DNA from: an uncultured Amylibacter sp.
Lineage (GTDB): Bacteria; Pseudomonadota; Alphaproteobacteria; Rhodobacterales; Rhodobacteraceae
Length of the DNA stretch: 64,000 nt
Assembly: GCA_964195605.1 (NCBI GenBank)
Contig: CAXMSA010000002.1
Coordinates: 608-64,607 of the forward strand
Reading direction: 5' to 3'
In this document: positions 18,234 through 29,288 of the stretch, in pieces
Layout: every line of letters begins with the position of its first letter
Numbering within the stretch: position 1 is the stretch's first letter
Notes under the pieces: generated by a model
Database searches by the model: none
Seen by the model: only the letters and a program-made list of their open reading frames with translations
What the model was told of the DNA's origin: nothing
Program-made: the position numbers and the translations under genes

Positions 18234-20681
18234 ATGAATACCCAAAGTACCAGCGCATTCCAGATTGAAGGCATGTCTTGTGCATCGTGCGTGAGACGGG
18301 TGGAAAAAGCATTGTTAGCAGTTCCCAATATTACCAAAGCTGTAGTAAACCTCGCCACAGAAACAGTTCAAGTCAGCTACGATAACCCTGTCACCACGGT
18401 CGATGTGGTTAAAATCTTATCAGATACAGGCTACCCCGCAGTCTCTTTGGACGTAACATTAGATATCGAAAACATGTCTTGTGCGTCTTGTGTCGGACAG
18501 GTTGAAAAAGCCCTGAAAGCCGGGGCAGGGGTGTTGGATGCATCCGTTAACCTTGCGTCCGAGACAGCATCAGTGCGTTTTACCGCAGGTGTCATATCCC
18601 CTGAAAAAATCGCAGGATTAGCCACAGAAGCTGGTTACCCCGCGAAAGTGAAAACACAAAGCAATGTTGATAAAACAGACCGTAAAGCGCAAGAAATTGC
18701 AACGCTTGGGCGGCTGACATTATTAGCCGCAGTCTTGGCCTTGCCCGTTTTTATAATAGAGATGGGTGGCCATATCTTCCCCGCCCTGCACTTATTTATC
18801 GATAATAGCTTAGGGATGCAAAACAGCCGCCTTTTGCAATTTGTTCTTACCACTGCCGTACTGTTTGGCCCCGGTCTGTCGTTTTATACCAAAGGGTTTC
18901 CTGCCTTAATCAAGGGCACCCCCGATATGAATTCACTTGTCGCACTTGGTACATCTGCAGCTTACGGGTTTTCGCTGGTAGCAACATTTGCCCCCAACTT
19001 GCTGCCTGCTGGTACAGCCAATGTCTATTATGAAGCCGCTGCGGTCATCGTGGTGCTGATCCTGCTTGGCCGCTTTATGGAAGCCCGCGCCAAAGGGCGC
19101 ACTGGGCAGGCCATTCGAAAACTTATCAGTCTGCAACCAAAGACTGCATTTGTGGAACGGGACGGGAAAACAATTGAATTGGTCATTGATGAGATTGTCG
19201 TAGGCGATCTGATCCATACCAAACCGGGTGAGAAGATTGCAGTAGATGGCACAGTTCAAACCGGTAGATCTTATGTTGATGAAAGCATGATCACGGGTGA
19301 GCCGGTTCCGGTGGAAAAGACAAATGGTGCGCATGTGGTTGGTGGCACGATAAACGGCACAGGCGCTCTTGCATTTATTGCTACCAAAGTTGGCAGTGAC
19401 ACCATGTTGGCGCAAATCATCCATATGGTTGAACAGGCGCAAGGGGCTAAACTACCTGTTCAGGGCATGGTCGATAAAATCACGGCATGGTTCGTACCTG
19501 CGGTGATGATTATCGCACTACTTACCGTTATTCTCTGGTTTATCTTCGGGCCGGAGCCTGTTCTTGGGTTTGCGCTTGTCGCGGGGGTATCGGTTCTGAT
19601 CATTGCTTGCCCGTGTGCTATGGGCCTGGCCACGCCAACCTCGATAATGGTGGGAACGGGACGCGCAGCTGAAATGGGCGTTTTGTTTCGCAAAGGGCAA
19701 GCGTTACAAATGTTACAAGAGGTCTCTATCGTTGCCGTAGATAAAACGGGTACGCTTACCGAAGGCCATCCCGAACTGACCGACTTGATTGTAGCCGACG
19801 GGTTTGATCCCGACGAGGTACTTGCGCATGTCGCCGCCATAGAAGCGACCTCGGAACATCCGATTGCGCAGGCAATTCTGCGGGCCGCCAACGGCATGAC
19901 CTTGCCCGACATTCAGGATTTCACGTCGATCACTGGTTACGGTGTGCAAGCAACAGTTAATGGTAAAACCGTGCTTATTGGCGCAGACCGTTTTATGGTC
20001 CGGGAAAATGTGACCCTTGATGGGTTGAAAGCCCGTGGGGTTGCGTTAGGTCAAAGCGGCAAAACACCGCTTTATGCCGCGATTGACGGCCAGATTGCCG
20101 CCGTGATTGCGGTGTCAGACCCGATCAAAGAAACCACCCCCGCTGCAATTGCAGCACTTCATGATCTGGGCCTGAAAGTGGCGATGATCACAGGCGATAA
20201 TACTGGCACCGCAAACGCCATCGCCAAACAGCTTGGTATAGATCACGTGGTGGCCGAGGTTTTGCCTGAAGGCAAAGTTACCGCATTGAAGGCCTTGCGT
20301 GCAGGTGGCCACAAACTCGCCTTTGTCGGTGACGGCATCAATGATGCGCCTGCACTTGCGGTGGCAGAGGTTGGCATTGCGATCGGAACAGGTACCGATG
20401 TGGCGATTGAGGCAGCCGATGTGGTGCTGATGTCAGGTGATCTGCAAGGTGTGGCCAACGCTTTTGCGATCAGCCAACGCACCATGCAAAACATTCGCCA
20501 AAACCTGTTCTGGGCATTTGGATACAATATTTTACTGATCCCTGTAGCCGCAGGTGCACTTTACCCGTTAAGCGGTGTTCTGTTATCACCTGTTCTGGCT
20601 GCGGGTGCTATGGCACTGTCCAGCGTTTTCGTTTTGACAAATGCGCTTCGGTTGCGTTGGGTCAATGTTGGAAAATCATAA
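18234..20681 (+). CDS. copA: Cu(I)-translocating P1B-type ATPase
   Basis: Two MSCASC HMA domains, [23 protein letters not shown] and MALSS motifs. Confidence 0.95.
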   Translation: MNTQSTSAFQIEGMSCASCVRRVEKALLAVPNITKAVVNLATETVQVSYDNPVTTVDVVKILSDTGYPAVSLDVTLDIENMSCASCVGQVEKALKAGAGVLDASVNLASETASVRFTAGVISPEKIAGLATEAGYPAKVKTQSNVDKTDRKAQEIATLGRLTLLAAVLALPVFIIEMGGHIFPALHLFIDNSLGMQNSRLLQFVLTTAVLFGPGLSFYTKGFPALIKGTPDMNSLVALGTSAAYGFSLVATFAPNLLPAGTANVYYEAAAVIVVLILLGRFMEARAKGRTGQAIRKLISLQPKTAFVERDGKTIELVIDEIVVGDLIHTKPGEKIAVDGTVQTGRSYVDESMITGEPVPVEKTNGAHVVGGTINGTGALAFIATKVGSDTMLAQIIHMVEQAQGAKLPVQGMVDKITAWFVPAVMIIALLTVILWFIFGPEPVLGFALVAGVSVLIIACPCAMGLATPTSIMVGTGRAAEMGVLFRKGQALQMLQEVSIVAVDKTGTLTEGHPELTDLIVADGFDPDEVLAHVAAIEATSEHPIAQAILRAANGMTLPDIQDFTSITGYGVQATVNGKTVLIGADRFMVRENVTLDGLKARGVALGQSGKTPLYAAIDGQIAAVIAVSDPIKETTPAAIAALHDLGLKVAMITGDNTGTANAIAKQLGIDHVVAEVLPEGKVTALKALRAGGHKLAFVGDGINDAPALAVAEVGIAIGTGTDVAIEAADVVLMSGDLQGVANAFAISQRTMQNIRQNLFWAFGYNILLIPVAAGALYPLSGVLLSPVLAAGAMALSSVFVLTNALRLRWVNVGKS

Positions 20682-20876
20682 AGAACGATGAAAACCAGAA
20701 CTATCCACGTAAAATTATCTCATTCGTAGCCTCTTCGTACTGGCAGATGAATATCTGCCCATTTCATAATCAAGAGATGTTAATAAATTCGGAAAATTAT
20801 CTAAATTCGACAAGGAGAGGCTTGAATATTATTTCCAACTGTATCTATTAACAATTGCTCAAGTTAGGATGTCGAC

Positions 20877-22043
20877 ATGAAGCCGTTTAAATTTCAGACC
20901 ACCAGTTCAATTCTGTCCGAAGTTGGTGCCACCGAAAAGATCGGCCAGATCATGGCTGAAATGGGGTGCCATAAGGTTGCTTTCGTAACCGATGCAATGA
21001 TCTTGAAGTTGGGTCTGGCAAATGCTGCTCTGAACGGTTTGAAAGCCGCAGGCATAGATGTACATATTATTGATAATGTAGTCGCAGACCCGCCAGAGGC
21101 TATGATCCGTGCGGCAGTTGATGCGGCCAAAGCCCAAACTGTTGATGGTGTTGTTTCCGTTGGCGGTGGCTCGTCTTTGGATACGGCAAAACTGATATCG
21201 GTTTTGGCACACCCCCATATAACGCAAGATCTTGATGAAATGTACGGTGTGGGCATGGTCAAAGGCATGCGCTTGCCGTTGCTTCTGGCACCGACTACAG
21301 CAGGTACCGGTTCTGAAGTGACCCCGATCTCGATTGTCACCACGCGCACATCTGAGAAAAAGGGTGTGGTGTCACCTGTCTTATTGCCGGACTGGGCCAT
21401 ATTGGACGCGGAACTGACTATCGGCCTGCCTGCCCATATCACTGCGGCCACTGGTATTGATGCGATGGTGCATGCGATTGAGGCTTACACCACCAAACAC
21501 GCAAAAAATCTTCTGTCTGACACGCTGGCAAAACAAGCCTTGCAGCTTTTGGGCGGCGCTATCCACACGGCTTGCAGTCATGGCGACGACCGTACCGCGC
21601 GCTCTGACATGCTGCTGGGCTCCATGCTTGCGGGCATGTCGTTTGCCAATGCGCCGGTCGCCGCCGTGCATGCGCTGGCCTATCCGTTGGGGGGGCATTT
21701 TCATGTGCCACATGGGCTGTCAAACGCGATTATCCTGCCGTATGTGCTGGAATTTAATATGGCAGATACTCTGGCCGCCAGACAATATGCTGAAATTGCC
21801 CCGATTGTTTTTCCCGAACTGACAGGGAAAACAACGCTAGAAATATGTGCAGGCATGGTGCAGGGTTTTAAAAACCTCGGCCCCGAACTTGGCATGAAAT
21901 CCTGCCTGCGTGATGTGGGTATTAACCATAATGACCTGCCGATGCTGGCCGAAGATGGTATGAAACAAACCCGGCTTTTGGTGAATAATCCACGCGAAAT
22001 GACCTATGAAGCGGCTTTGGCGATTTATACTGCGGCCTTATAG
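20877..22043 (+). CDS. Iron-containing alcohol dehydrogenase
   Basis: GGGSSLD, PTTAGTGSE, GIDAMVHAIE, VHALAYP..HVPHG. Confidence 0.9.
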   Translation: MKPFKFQTTSSILSEVGATEKIGQIMAEMGCHKVAFVTDAMILKLGLANAALNGLKAAGIDVHIIDNVVADPPEAMIRAAVDAAKAQTVDGVVSVGGGSSLDTAKLISVLAHPHITQDLDEMYGVGMVKGMRLPLLLAPTTAGTGSEVTPISIVTTRTSEKKGVVSPVLLPDWAILDAELTIGLPAHITAATGIDAMVHAIEAYTTKHAKNLLSDTLAKQALQLLGGAIHTACSHGDDRTARSDMLLGSMLAGMSFANAPVAAVHALAYPLGGHFHVPHGLSNAIILPYVLEFNMADTLAARQYAEIAPIVFPELTGKTTLEICAGMVQGFKNLGPELGMKSCLRDVGINHNDLPMLAEDGMKQTRLLVNNPREMTYEAALAIYTAAL

Positions 22044-22081
22044 GCCCTAATATCCCTTACAAGTTTACGCAGTGTTTTTTA

Positions 22082-22099
22082 TTTTACCAGTCGGTAAAA
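22082..22099. promoter_or_regulatory. Palindromic operator candidate upstream of the TAXI operon
   Basis: TTTTACC-AGTC-GGTAAAA. Confidence 0.5.
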
Positions 22100-22196
22100 C
22101 AAAAATAACAGGTGTTTTTAAGTGACATCAATAAAACATTACGTATTATCAGGGCGAGTCGGTCTAAGCCGGCCGTATAGCATATGGGAGAATCTT

Positions 22197-23156
22197 ATGA
22201 AAAAATTTAGCTTTTTAGCAGCTGCACTGACAGCTTCAACAATGGTGGCGGGTGCCGCCACTGCGGAACAGTTTGTGTCTATTGGCACAGGCGGTGTAAC
22301 CGGGGTTTATTACCCAACAGGTGGCGCAATTTGCCGTCTGGTGAATAAAAACCGCAAAGAACATGGTATCCGCTGCTCTGCAGAGTCTACAGGTGGATCA
22401 ATCTACAACATCAACACTATCAAAGCGGGTGAGTTGGAATTTGGTGTGGCCCAGTCTGACTGGCAGTACCATGCCTACAACGGCACATCCAAATTCGCAG
22501 ATGCTGGCAAATTTGAGAAACTGCGCGCAGTATTTTCAGTTCATGCCGAGCCAGTGACGGTTATTGCACGTGATGATGCAGGTATTGCCAACATCTCTGA
22601 TGTTAAAGGCAAGCGGATGAATATCGGCAACCCCGGTTCCGGTACACGTGGTACATGGGAAGTTCTTGAAGGCGCACTTGGCTGGGAACGTTCTGATCTG
22701 GCTCTTGCGGCAGAAATGAAATCTGCTGAAACTGGTGCTGCTGTTTGTGATGGTAAAATCGACGCTTATTTCTGGTTGGTGGGTCACCCATCCGCGCTTA
22801 CACAAGAAAGCCTAGCTTCATGTGCGGCACACTTGGTTGACGTTACAGGTCCTGAAATTGATAAGCTGATTGCGGATAACTCATACTACCGTAAAGCAAC
22901 AATTCCGGCCGGCATGTATAACAACGCTGATGATGTCACAACATTCGGTGTTGGTGCTACTTTTGTAACGAGCGCTGATGTGCCGGAAGATGTGGTTTAT
23001 GTTGTTGTGAAAGCTGTGTTTGATAACATTGACCAGTTCAAGAAATTGCACCCTGCGTTTGCAAACTTGAAACCGGGAGAAATGATCCAAGACGGTCTTT
23101 CTGCACCGCTTCATGCTGGTGCGGTTAAGTACTACAAAGAACAAGGCTGGATGTAA
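22197..23156 (+). CDS. TAXI-family TRAP transporter solute-binding protein
   Basis: [37 protein letters not shown]. Likely start ATG 22197 behind a GGAG RBS. Confidence 0.93.
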   Translation: MKKFSFLAAALTASTMVAGAATAEQFVSIGTGGVTGVYYPTGGAICRLVNKNRKEHGIRCSAESTGGSIYNINTIKAGELEFGVAQSDWQYHAYNGTSKFADAGKFEKLRAVFSVHAEPVTVIARDDAGIANISDVKGKRMNIGNPGSGTRGTWEVLEGALGWERSDLALAAEMKSAETGAAVCDGKIDAYFWLVGHPSALTQESLASCAAHLVDVTGPEIDKLIADNSYYRKATIPAGMYNNADDVTTFGVGATFVTSADVPEDVVYVVVKAVFDNIDQFKKLHPAFANLKPGEMIQDGLSAPLHAGAVKYYKEQGWM

Positions 23157-23167
23157 TATCAGCCCGT

Positions 23168-23193
23168 GTAGCAGAGGGGAAACTCTCTGCTAC
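23168..23193 (+). terminator. Hairpin between the TAXI binding-protein and permease genes
   Basis: GTAGCAGAGGG-GAAA-CTCTCTGCTAC followed by AATTTT. Confidence 0.65.
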
Positions 23194-23290
23194 AATTTTG
23201 CGACTCCAAGATAAAACTATAAATAAATTTTAAAAATGTCGGGTGAATACAGGTTTTATGTACATCTGAACGCTCTGGGGAGAGACATAT

Positions 23291-25921
23291 ATGTCAGATA
23301 ATCAAACGATGTCGGATGCGGACAAGCTAGTCGCGGATGTAGATACAGGCGCGCGAAATCCATTGGGTTGGCAGGCAAAACTTATACCCGTGATTTGTTT
23401 TTCATGGGCGATCTACCAACTTTATATTGCCTCTCCTGTCCCCTCTATGCTGTCAACCGCCCTTGGTATTGATTTCTTTCAGTTTATCGGCAACCTGTCG
23501 ATTTCACGCAAAGTGCATTTGGCGTTCTCTCTTGTGCTTGCCACACTTGCTTTTCCATTATTCAAAAGCAGTTCGCGCACAAGCATCCCTTGGTATGACT
23601 GGATAGTGCTGTCGCTTGGTGTCTGCGCGATGCTGTACATGATTTTGATGAACACCAATATCGCGGAACGCGCAGGTGATTTCGGACATGCCAATATTAA
23701 ATTCGATATGACTGTTGCTGTGCTTGGGGTCATTGTGTTGACTATGGCTGTATACCGATCACTTGGATTGCCACTGGTTGTGGTTGCGGGTGTTCTGGCT
23801 GCATATGTGTTTATCGGCGGCGGCAACTGGGGCGGGGCTTCTTTTGTCAAAGGCATGTGGCACTTCTGGATGCAGGAAGAAGGCATATTCGGGAAACCCC
23901 TTGCGGTATCTACCCAAACGATTTTCTTATTCGTGCTGTTTGGCGCTATTCTGGAAAAAGCCGGTGCTGGCGGATATTTCATTAAAATCGCCTTTGCACT
24001 GCTTGGCCACTTTAAAGGCGGACCGGCTAAAGCCGCTGTTATCGCCTCTGCTTTAAGCGGACTTTATTCAGGTTCCTCGATCGCCAATACGGTGACCACG
24101 GGCACATTCACTATTCCATTGATGAAACGCACAGGCTTTTCTGCTGAAAAGGCGGGAGCGGTTGAGGTGGCTTCATCCACCAACGGCCAGCTGATGCCGC
24201 CGGTGATGGGGGCTGCGGCCTTTTTGATCGCCGAATTCACAGGTGTTGAATACACCACGCTTTTGAAACATGCGCTGTTGCCTGCGATTATTTCCTATAT
24301 AGCGCTTGTGTACATTGTGCATCTGGAAGCCTGTAAACTGGACCTGAAAGGTCTGCCAAAACCGCCTTCAACAAAGACACTTACGCATAAGATGATCGGG
24401 TTCCTGACTGGGTTTATCACTGTGGGTGTATTGTTCGTGCTGGTCTACTTCACGCTGGGCCAAGTTAAAGCGGCATTCCCCGGGTTGACCGTATATATGG
24501 TGCTGGCGATCACATTCGTGCTGTATCTGGTTCTGCTTTATCTCGCATCAAAACGGCCTGATCTGGAACGTGATGATCCGAATGCGCCGATTACCGAATT
24601 GCCGGTTGCATCCGATACCGCATGGACCGGTCTTTATTTTCTGTTGCCGATCATCATATTGCTATGGTGTATCTTACCATCACCAGAACGTCTGTCGGCA
24701 CACTTGTCAGCCTATTATGCCTGTCTTGCAATGATCTTCATCACGCTGACACAGCATCCGCTAAAAGCGATGTTCCGTGGTGAGTCTGAAGTGTTCAACC
24801 GCTTAAAACACGGTATTGGCGAATGTGTGGAAGGTGTCACCGCGGGCGCACGCAACATGATTTCGATCGGTATTGCTACAGCTGCTGCCGGTGTGATCGT
24901 TGGGTCGATTTCTCTGACAGGCGCACACGGGTTTGTGGGCGAGGTTGTAGAATACCTCTCTGGCGGCAACCTGCTGGTGATGCTGGTCCTTGTGGCCATC
25001 ATGAGCCTACTTTTGGGCATGGGTCTGCCAACAACCGCCAACTATCTGGTTGTGGCTGGTCTTATGGCGCCGGTGATTGTGGCACTTGCAGCTAAGTCGG
25101 GGCTGATCGTTCCCTTGGTGGCGGTACACCTGTTCGTGTTCTACTTCGGTATTCTGGCAGATGATACGCCCCCGGTTGGCCTTGCGGCCTATGCGGCGGC
25201 GGCGATTTCAGGTGGCGATCCGATCAAGACCGGTATTCAGGGTTTCACCTATGATATCCGTACCGCCTTGTTGCCATTCCTGTTCCTGTTCAACACCGAA
25301 TTGCTGTTGATGAACGTTACTCTTGCGAAAGGTGTATTTGTTTTCGTTGTGGCCACCGGCGCGATGATGTTGTTTGCCGCAGCCACGATGGGATGGTTCC
25401 TGTTCAAAAGTAAGCTATGGGAAAGTGTCGCGTTGCTGTTGATTGCATTCACGCTGTTCCGCCCCGGGTTCTGGCTGGATTACGCATCGGCACCGTTTGA
25501 AGTACAACCGGGTGGCCAAGCGATTGTTCTGGCCGAAGCGATGCCGGATAATGCCACGATGCGCATTCGAATTGTTGGGCCTGATTTCGATGATGTTGAT
25601 ATAGCCAACAACACCAGTATCATTTTGAACCTTGGCGAAAAGGCTGACGGTGAAACGCGTCTGACAAATGCAGGGCTTCAGGTGCTGAATGAAGATGGCA
25701 AGGTTATTATTGATGCCCTGACATGGGACTCTAAGCACAAGCAGCTAGATCGTTTGTTTACGATGGGTGATCTGGATAATCCTCTGGTGATCGATAAAGT
25801 CCTGTTGAAACGCGACAGACCAGCCAAAGAACTGTTCTATATCCCGGCGTTCTTGTTACTGGGTCTGATCTGCATGTTGCAACTTGGCCGACAGCGTAAG
25901 TCAAAAACGCAGGCGGCGTAG
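23291..25921 (+). CDS. TRAP transporter fused 4TM/12TM permease with C-terminal DUF3394-like domain
   Basis: GGPAKAAV, GSSIANTVTTG, QLMPPVMGAAAF, LADDTPPVGLAAYAAA. Confidence 0.92.
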   Translation: MSDNQTMSDADKLVADVDTGARNPLGWQAKLIPVICFSWAIYQLYIASPVPSMLSTALGIDFFQFIGNLSISRKVHLAFSLVLATLAFPLFKSSSRTSIPWYDWIVLSLGVCAMLYMILMNTNIAERAGDFGHANIKFDMTVAVLGVIVLTMAVYRSLGLPLVVVAGVLAAYVFIGGGNWGGASFVKGMWHFWMQEEGIFGKPLAVSTQTIFLFVLFGAILEKAGAGGYFIKIAFALLGHFKGGPAKAAVIASALSGLYSGSSIANTVTTGTFTIPLMKRTGFSAEKAGAVEVASSTNGQLMPPVMGAAAFLIAEFTGVEYTTLLKHALLPAIISYIALVYIVHLEACKLDLKGLPKPPSTKTLTHKMIGFLTGFITVGVLFVLVYFTLGQVKAAFPGLTVYMVLAITFVLYLVLLYLASKRPDLERDDPNAPITELPVASDTAWTGLYFLLPIIILLWCILPSPERLSAHLSAYYACLAMIFITLTQHPLKAMFRGESEVFNRLKHGIGECVEGVTAGARNMISIGIATAAAGVIVGSISLTGAHGFVGEVVEYLSGGNLLVMLVLVAIMSLLLGMGLPTTANYLVVAGLMAPVIVALAAKSGLIVPLVAVHLFVFYFGILADDTPPVGLAAYAAAAISGGDPIKTGIQGFTYDIRTALLPFLFLFNTELLLMNVTLAKGVFVFVVATGAMMLFAAATMGWFLFKSKLWESVALLLIAFTLFRPGFWLDYASAPFEVQPGGQAIVLAEAMPDNATMRIRIVGPDFDDVDIANNTSIILNLGEKADGETRLTNAGLQVLNEDGKVIIDALTWDSKHKQLDRLFTMGDLDNPLVIDKVLLKRDRPAKELFYIPAFLLLGLICMLQLGRQRKSKTQAA

Positions 25922-26051
25922 AAAGGAACCATACACGGCTGATCGTAAGACCAAAGAGGTTTTCTTATCTGCCTGCATTCTCAGTGTTGATAATGGTCTA
26001 TATGCTGCAAACGCGGCGCAGACGTAACGAAGAAAGAAGTGAGGTTCCAGT

Positions 26052-26477
26052 ATGAGTAATATAGTTCTGTGCGCTGTCGATTTAGGACAGTCTGACAAAA
26101 GCGAAAACGTGTTACGGAAGGCCAGGAAACTGGCCGACCTACACGGGGCGGATCTAAGTGTGATCACGGTTATCCCTGATTTCGGGATGAGTCTTGTCGG
26201 AAGTTTCTTTGACAAAGACACTTTGAAAAATGCTTTGCAAAAAGCCAATGATGATTTGCATAGTCTCGTAAAAGATACACTGCCAAAGGCAGGCGATGTG
26301 CAGCATATTGTTGCCCTAGGTACTGCTTATGAAGAAGTACTGAAAGCGGCCAAAAAGATCGAAGCCAATCTTATTGTTATAGGTGCCAGCAAACCCGATT
26401 TGGTCGATAAAATTCTGGGACCGAATGCAGCGCGGGTTGCCCGCTATGCTTCAGTTTCGGTGTATATCGTACGTTAA
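26052..26477 (+). CDS. Universal stress protein (TRAP-associated)
   Basis: VLCAVD..IVIGAS..LGPNAARV USP signature. Confidence 0.88.
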   Translation: MSNIVLCAVDLGQSDKSENVLRKARKLADLHGADLSVITVIPDFGMSLVGSFFDKDTLKNALQKANDDLHSLVKDTLPKAGDVQHIVALGTAYEEVLKAAKKIEANLIVIGASKPDLVDKILGPNAARVARYASVSVYIVR

Positions 26478-26492
26478 GCTTTACCTAAATTG

Positions 26493-26536
26493 AAAACGGC
26501 CCGTTTACCTTTATCTGGCAAACGGGCCGTTTTTTT
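26493..26536. terminator. Bidirectional terminator between convergent USP genes
   Basis: 14-bp stem AAAACGGCCCGTTT/AAACGGGCCGTTTT with A and T tracts. Confidence 0.8.
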
Positions 26537-26551
26537 GCAAGGTTACGGTTT

Positions 26552-26995
26552 TTATCTAACCGTCAAAACCGGGCATTTCGCCATCAATTCAACACGGTGC
26601 GAAACGCCGCCGCGCAATGTGGCTTCTATATTGCCCATACCGCGCGATCCGATGACGATCATATCCGCGTTATGGTGTTTGGCACGTGCAATAACTGTGC
26701 GTGCAACGGGGCCATCTATGACCTCGCCCGCAACATCCTTGGCACCCTTTTTACTTGCGCGTCCCTTGGCTTCAGCGACTAAATCACTGGCGGCTTTTTG
26801 CAAAACCGCCTCATTACCGCCTGGGATATGTTCGATCTCTGCGTAGTTGGACAGACCCTTTGGTAATTCGTGTGTTTTCAACACATAAAGCACAATAATC
26901 TGTGCATCCATCGCGGCTGCAATGGACGCGGCATAATCTACGGCTTTCATTGAATGCCCAGACCCGTCCACGGCTACGAGTAGTTTTTTAATCAT
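26552..26995 (-). CDS. Universal stress protein
   Basis: LLVAVDGS..IVIGSRG..GGVSHRVELMAKCPVLTVR. Confidence 0.9.
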   Translation of the reverse strand: MIKKLLVAVDGSGHSMKAVDYAASIAAAMDAQIIVLYVLKTHELPKGLSNYAEIEHIPGGNEAVLQKAASDLVAEAKGRASKKGAKDVAGEVIDGPVARTVIARAKHHNADMIVIGSRGMGNIEATLRGGVSHRVELMAKCPVLTVR

Positions 26996-27580
26996 CTGAA
27001 GAACCTTTCTAATCTATTATCGGGCTGATTTATGACATTAGGCCCTTTTTGACGTTGTCACAATGCTCTTGCTCAAGCTGAATATCAAGAGTGCTGTTGG
27101 AATATTCCTGATAAGGTGGCTTTTGGGTTCGCCGAACGCAGCTCTAACGCAATCGCAACCTTTCGCAGTGTATAACGCCTTTGCTGGCAAAAGTGGTTAA
27201 CGGGTTTTCAAAGGGCGGATAACAGCGCCAAATGCGAAAGCCACCGAAATTACTGATTAAGTTAAGCGTTTCAACAAAAACTCGAAACGTTGTAGCTGCA
27301 AAGGCTATCAACTCTTGTTCGGCATATACAACCACGTTGGTGGGCCCACCGCTTTCATAATATGATGCGAAATAAGACAGAAATACAGATGTAATGTAAA
27401 AACAATGCACCCGTTTCAGGTGGCAGTGGAAAACCCGTGCTGCCGTTTTTAAGGCAAAAGATCGTCGTGGGTTCTGGGTGAAAACAAATGTTATTATTAG
27501 ACAAATTAAAAACGAAAGCTATTGTGAACTATGAGTCGCAAAAAATAGCAGCTTATTCTGTAACATATGGGGAAATTAAT

Positions 27581-28996
27581 ATGTCAAGCATACAAGAACC
27601 TTCGTTTCGTCAATCCGTTGATATGATGTTTGAAAAGGCTGTCAGCCTTATGGATTTATCACCGGGCCTTCAAGAAAAGATCCGAGTTTGCAACTCGACC
27701 TATACCGTTCGTTTCGGGGTGAAACTGCGTGGTGATATTCATACGTTCACTGGTTATCGCGCGGTACATTCCGAACATAAAGAACCGGTAAAGGGCGGCA
27801 TTCGTTTTGCGCTGTCTGTTAATCAGGATGAAGTAGAAGCGCTTGCAGCCTTGATGAGTTATAAATGTGCATTGGTCGAAACCCCGTTTGGTGGTTCAAA
27901 AGGTGGTTTGAACATTGATCCCAACGCATGGGAAGTCGATGAGTTGGAACGCATCACGCGCCGTTTTGCCTATGAGCTGATCAAACGCGATTTGATCCAC
28001 CCGTCACAAAACGTACCGGCCCCCGATATGGGCACTGGCGAACGCGAAATGGCGTGGATTGCCGACCAGTTTCGCCGCATGAATACAACCGAGTTGAACT
28101 CCGAAGCCTGTGTTACAGGCAAACCGCTGAACAAAGGCGGCATTGCCGGGCGGGTTGAAGCAACTGGGCGCGGAGTGCAATATGCTTTGCAAGAATTTTT
28201 TCGTCACGCTGAAGACATTAAAGCGGCCAAGATGACCGGTACTTTAGACGGCAAACGGGTGATCATGCAGGGTTTGGGTAACGTGGGCTATCATGCGGCA
28301 AAGTTTCTGAGCGAAGAAGATGGTTGCCTTATCACAGCAGTGATCGAACGTGACGGTGCCATTGTTGATGATAAGGGTATCAATATTGAAGAGCTGTCAC
28401 ATTACATCCGCACACATGGCGGGGTAAAAGGCTTCTTCTCTGGCGAATATGTGAAAAACGGCGCGGCTGTTTTGGAAAAAGATTGCGATATTTTAGTCCC
28501 TGCGGCTTTGGAAGGGGTGATCAACCTATCGAATGCAAAACGTATTTCAACCAAATTGATTATCGAAGCGGCAAACGGCCCTGTCACCGCTGGTGCGGAT
28601 GAAGTCCTGCGCAAAGCAGGTGTGGTGATTATCCCTGATATGTATGCCAACGCGGGCGGCGTAACTGTGTCTTACTTTGAGTGGGTCAAAAACCTAAGCC
28701 ATATCCGCTTTGGCCGGATGCAGCGACGCAAGGAAGAGTCAAATAATATCCTGCTGATCAAAGAGCTGGAACGTCTGGTCGGCAAGCCGGTTTCCGACGA
28801 TTTCAAATACAAGTTTTTCCAAGGCGCGGGTGAGCTGGAACTGGTGCGTTCAGGGTTAGAGGATACAATGCGCGCGGCTTATCAATCCATGCGCGGGGTT
28901 TGGCATTCACGCGATGATGTGGATAGCCTGCGTACCGCGGCCTATCTGGTATCGTTGGGGCGTATTGCTGAAAGTTATAAAGCACTGGGCCTATAA
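27581..28996 (+). CDS. gdhA: Glu/Leu/Phe/Val dehydrogenase (glutamate dehydrogenase)
   Basis: KGGIRF, PFGGSKGG, VPAPDMGT, GLGNVG, EAANGP, NAGGVTVSYFEW. Likely start ATG 27581; the track start 27488 is upstream. Confidence 0.9.
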   Translation: MSSIQEPSFRQSVDMMFEKAVSLMDLSPGLQEKIRVCNSTYTVRFGVKLRGDIHTFTGYRAVHSEHKEPVKGGIRFALSVNQDEVEALAALMSYKCALVETPFGGSKGGLNIDPNAWEVDELERITRRFAYELIKRDLIHPSQNVPAPDMGTGEREMAWIADQFRRMNTTELNSEACVTGKPLNKGGIAGRVEATGRGVQYALQEFFRHAEDIKAAKMTGTLDGKRVIMQGLGNVGYHAAKFLSEEDGCLITAVIERDGAIVDDKGINIEELSHYIRTHGGVKGFFSGEYVKNGAAVLEKDCDILVPAALEGVINLSNAKRISTKLIIEAANGPVTAGADEVLRKAGVVIIPDMYANAGGVTVSYFEWVKNLSHIRFGRMQRRKEESNNILLIKELERLVGKPVSDDFKYKFFQGAGELELVRSGLEDTMRAAYQSMRGVWHSRDDVDSLRTAAYLVSLGRIAESYKALGL

Positions 28997-29257
28997 AATA
29001 AGAGCAACACAAACCGCCAAGTTATCCTGATTGGAATGGGCTTGCGCGTCGATCATCTTGGTGATCGACGCGGCAATCTTTTCAGCTGTTTGGTTTGCTG
29101 GCGTTATACATGTGATTAAATCTTGATCTGATAGGCTTAGAATACCGTCGGTCGCTGCAATTAAAATATCCCCGCTTTTTATGTTCGTTGTTTTCATATT
29201 AGGGGCGATACATCACGGTGCAACATGCTGCTTTCATGGACCTCACCAAGCGCGCAT
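28991..29257 (-). pseudogene. Remnant fusing a Ser/Thr kinase catalytic-loop fragment to a PP2C phosphatase C-terminal fragment
   Basis: 28991-29197 encodes GDILIAATDGI...DNLAV (PP2C metal-binding motifs); the adjacent frame 29198-29254 reads ALGEVHESSMLHRDVSP. Confidence 0.6.
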
Positions 29258-29288
29258 TAAGCTCCCTTTCTTTACCGAGTTAGTTTTG

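Noticed and set aside
20657-20851. 64-aa ORF after copA as a cueR or copZ remnant
   Set aside because: No MerR HTH, CxxC or CueR C-terminal motif; it overlaps the copA end and has AT-rich non-coding character.
25987-26000. FNR-like site TTGAT-AATG-GTCTA upstream of the first USP
   Set aside because: Two mismatches in the second half-site, and the gene may simply be co-transcribed with the TRAP operon.
27400-27490. Cobalamin or other riboswitch upstream of gdhA
   Set aside because: Only a short hairpin plus T-run; the conserved B12-element segments are absent.
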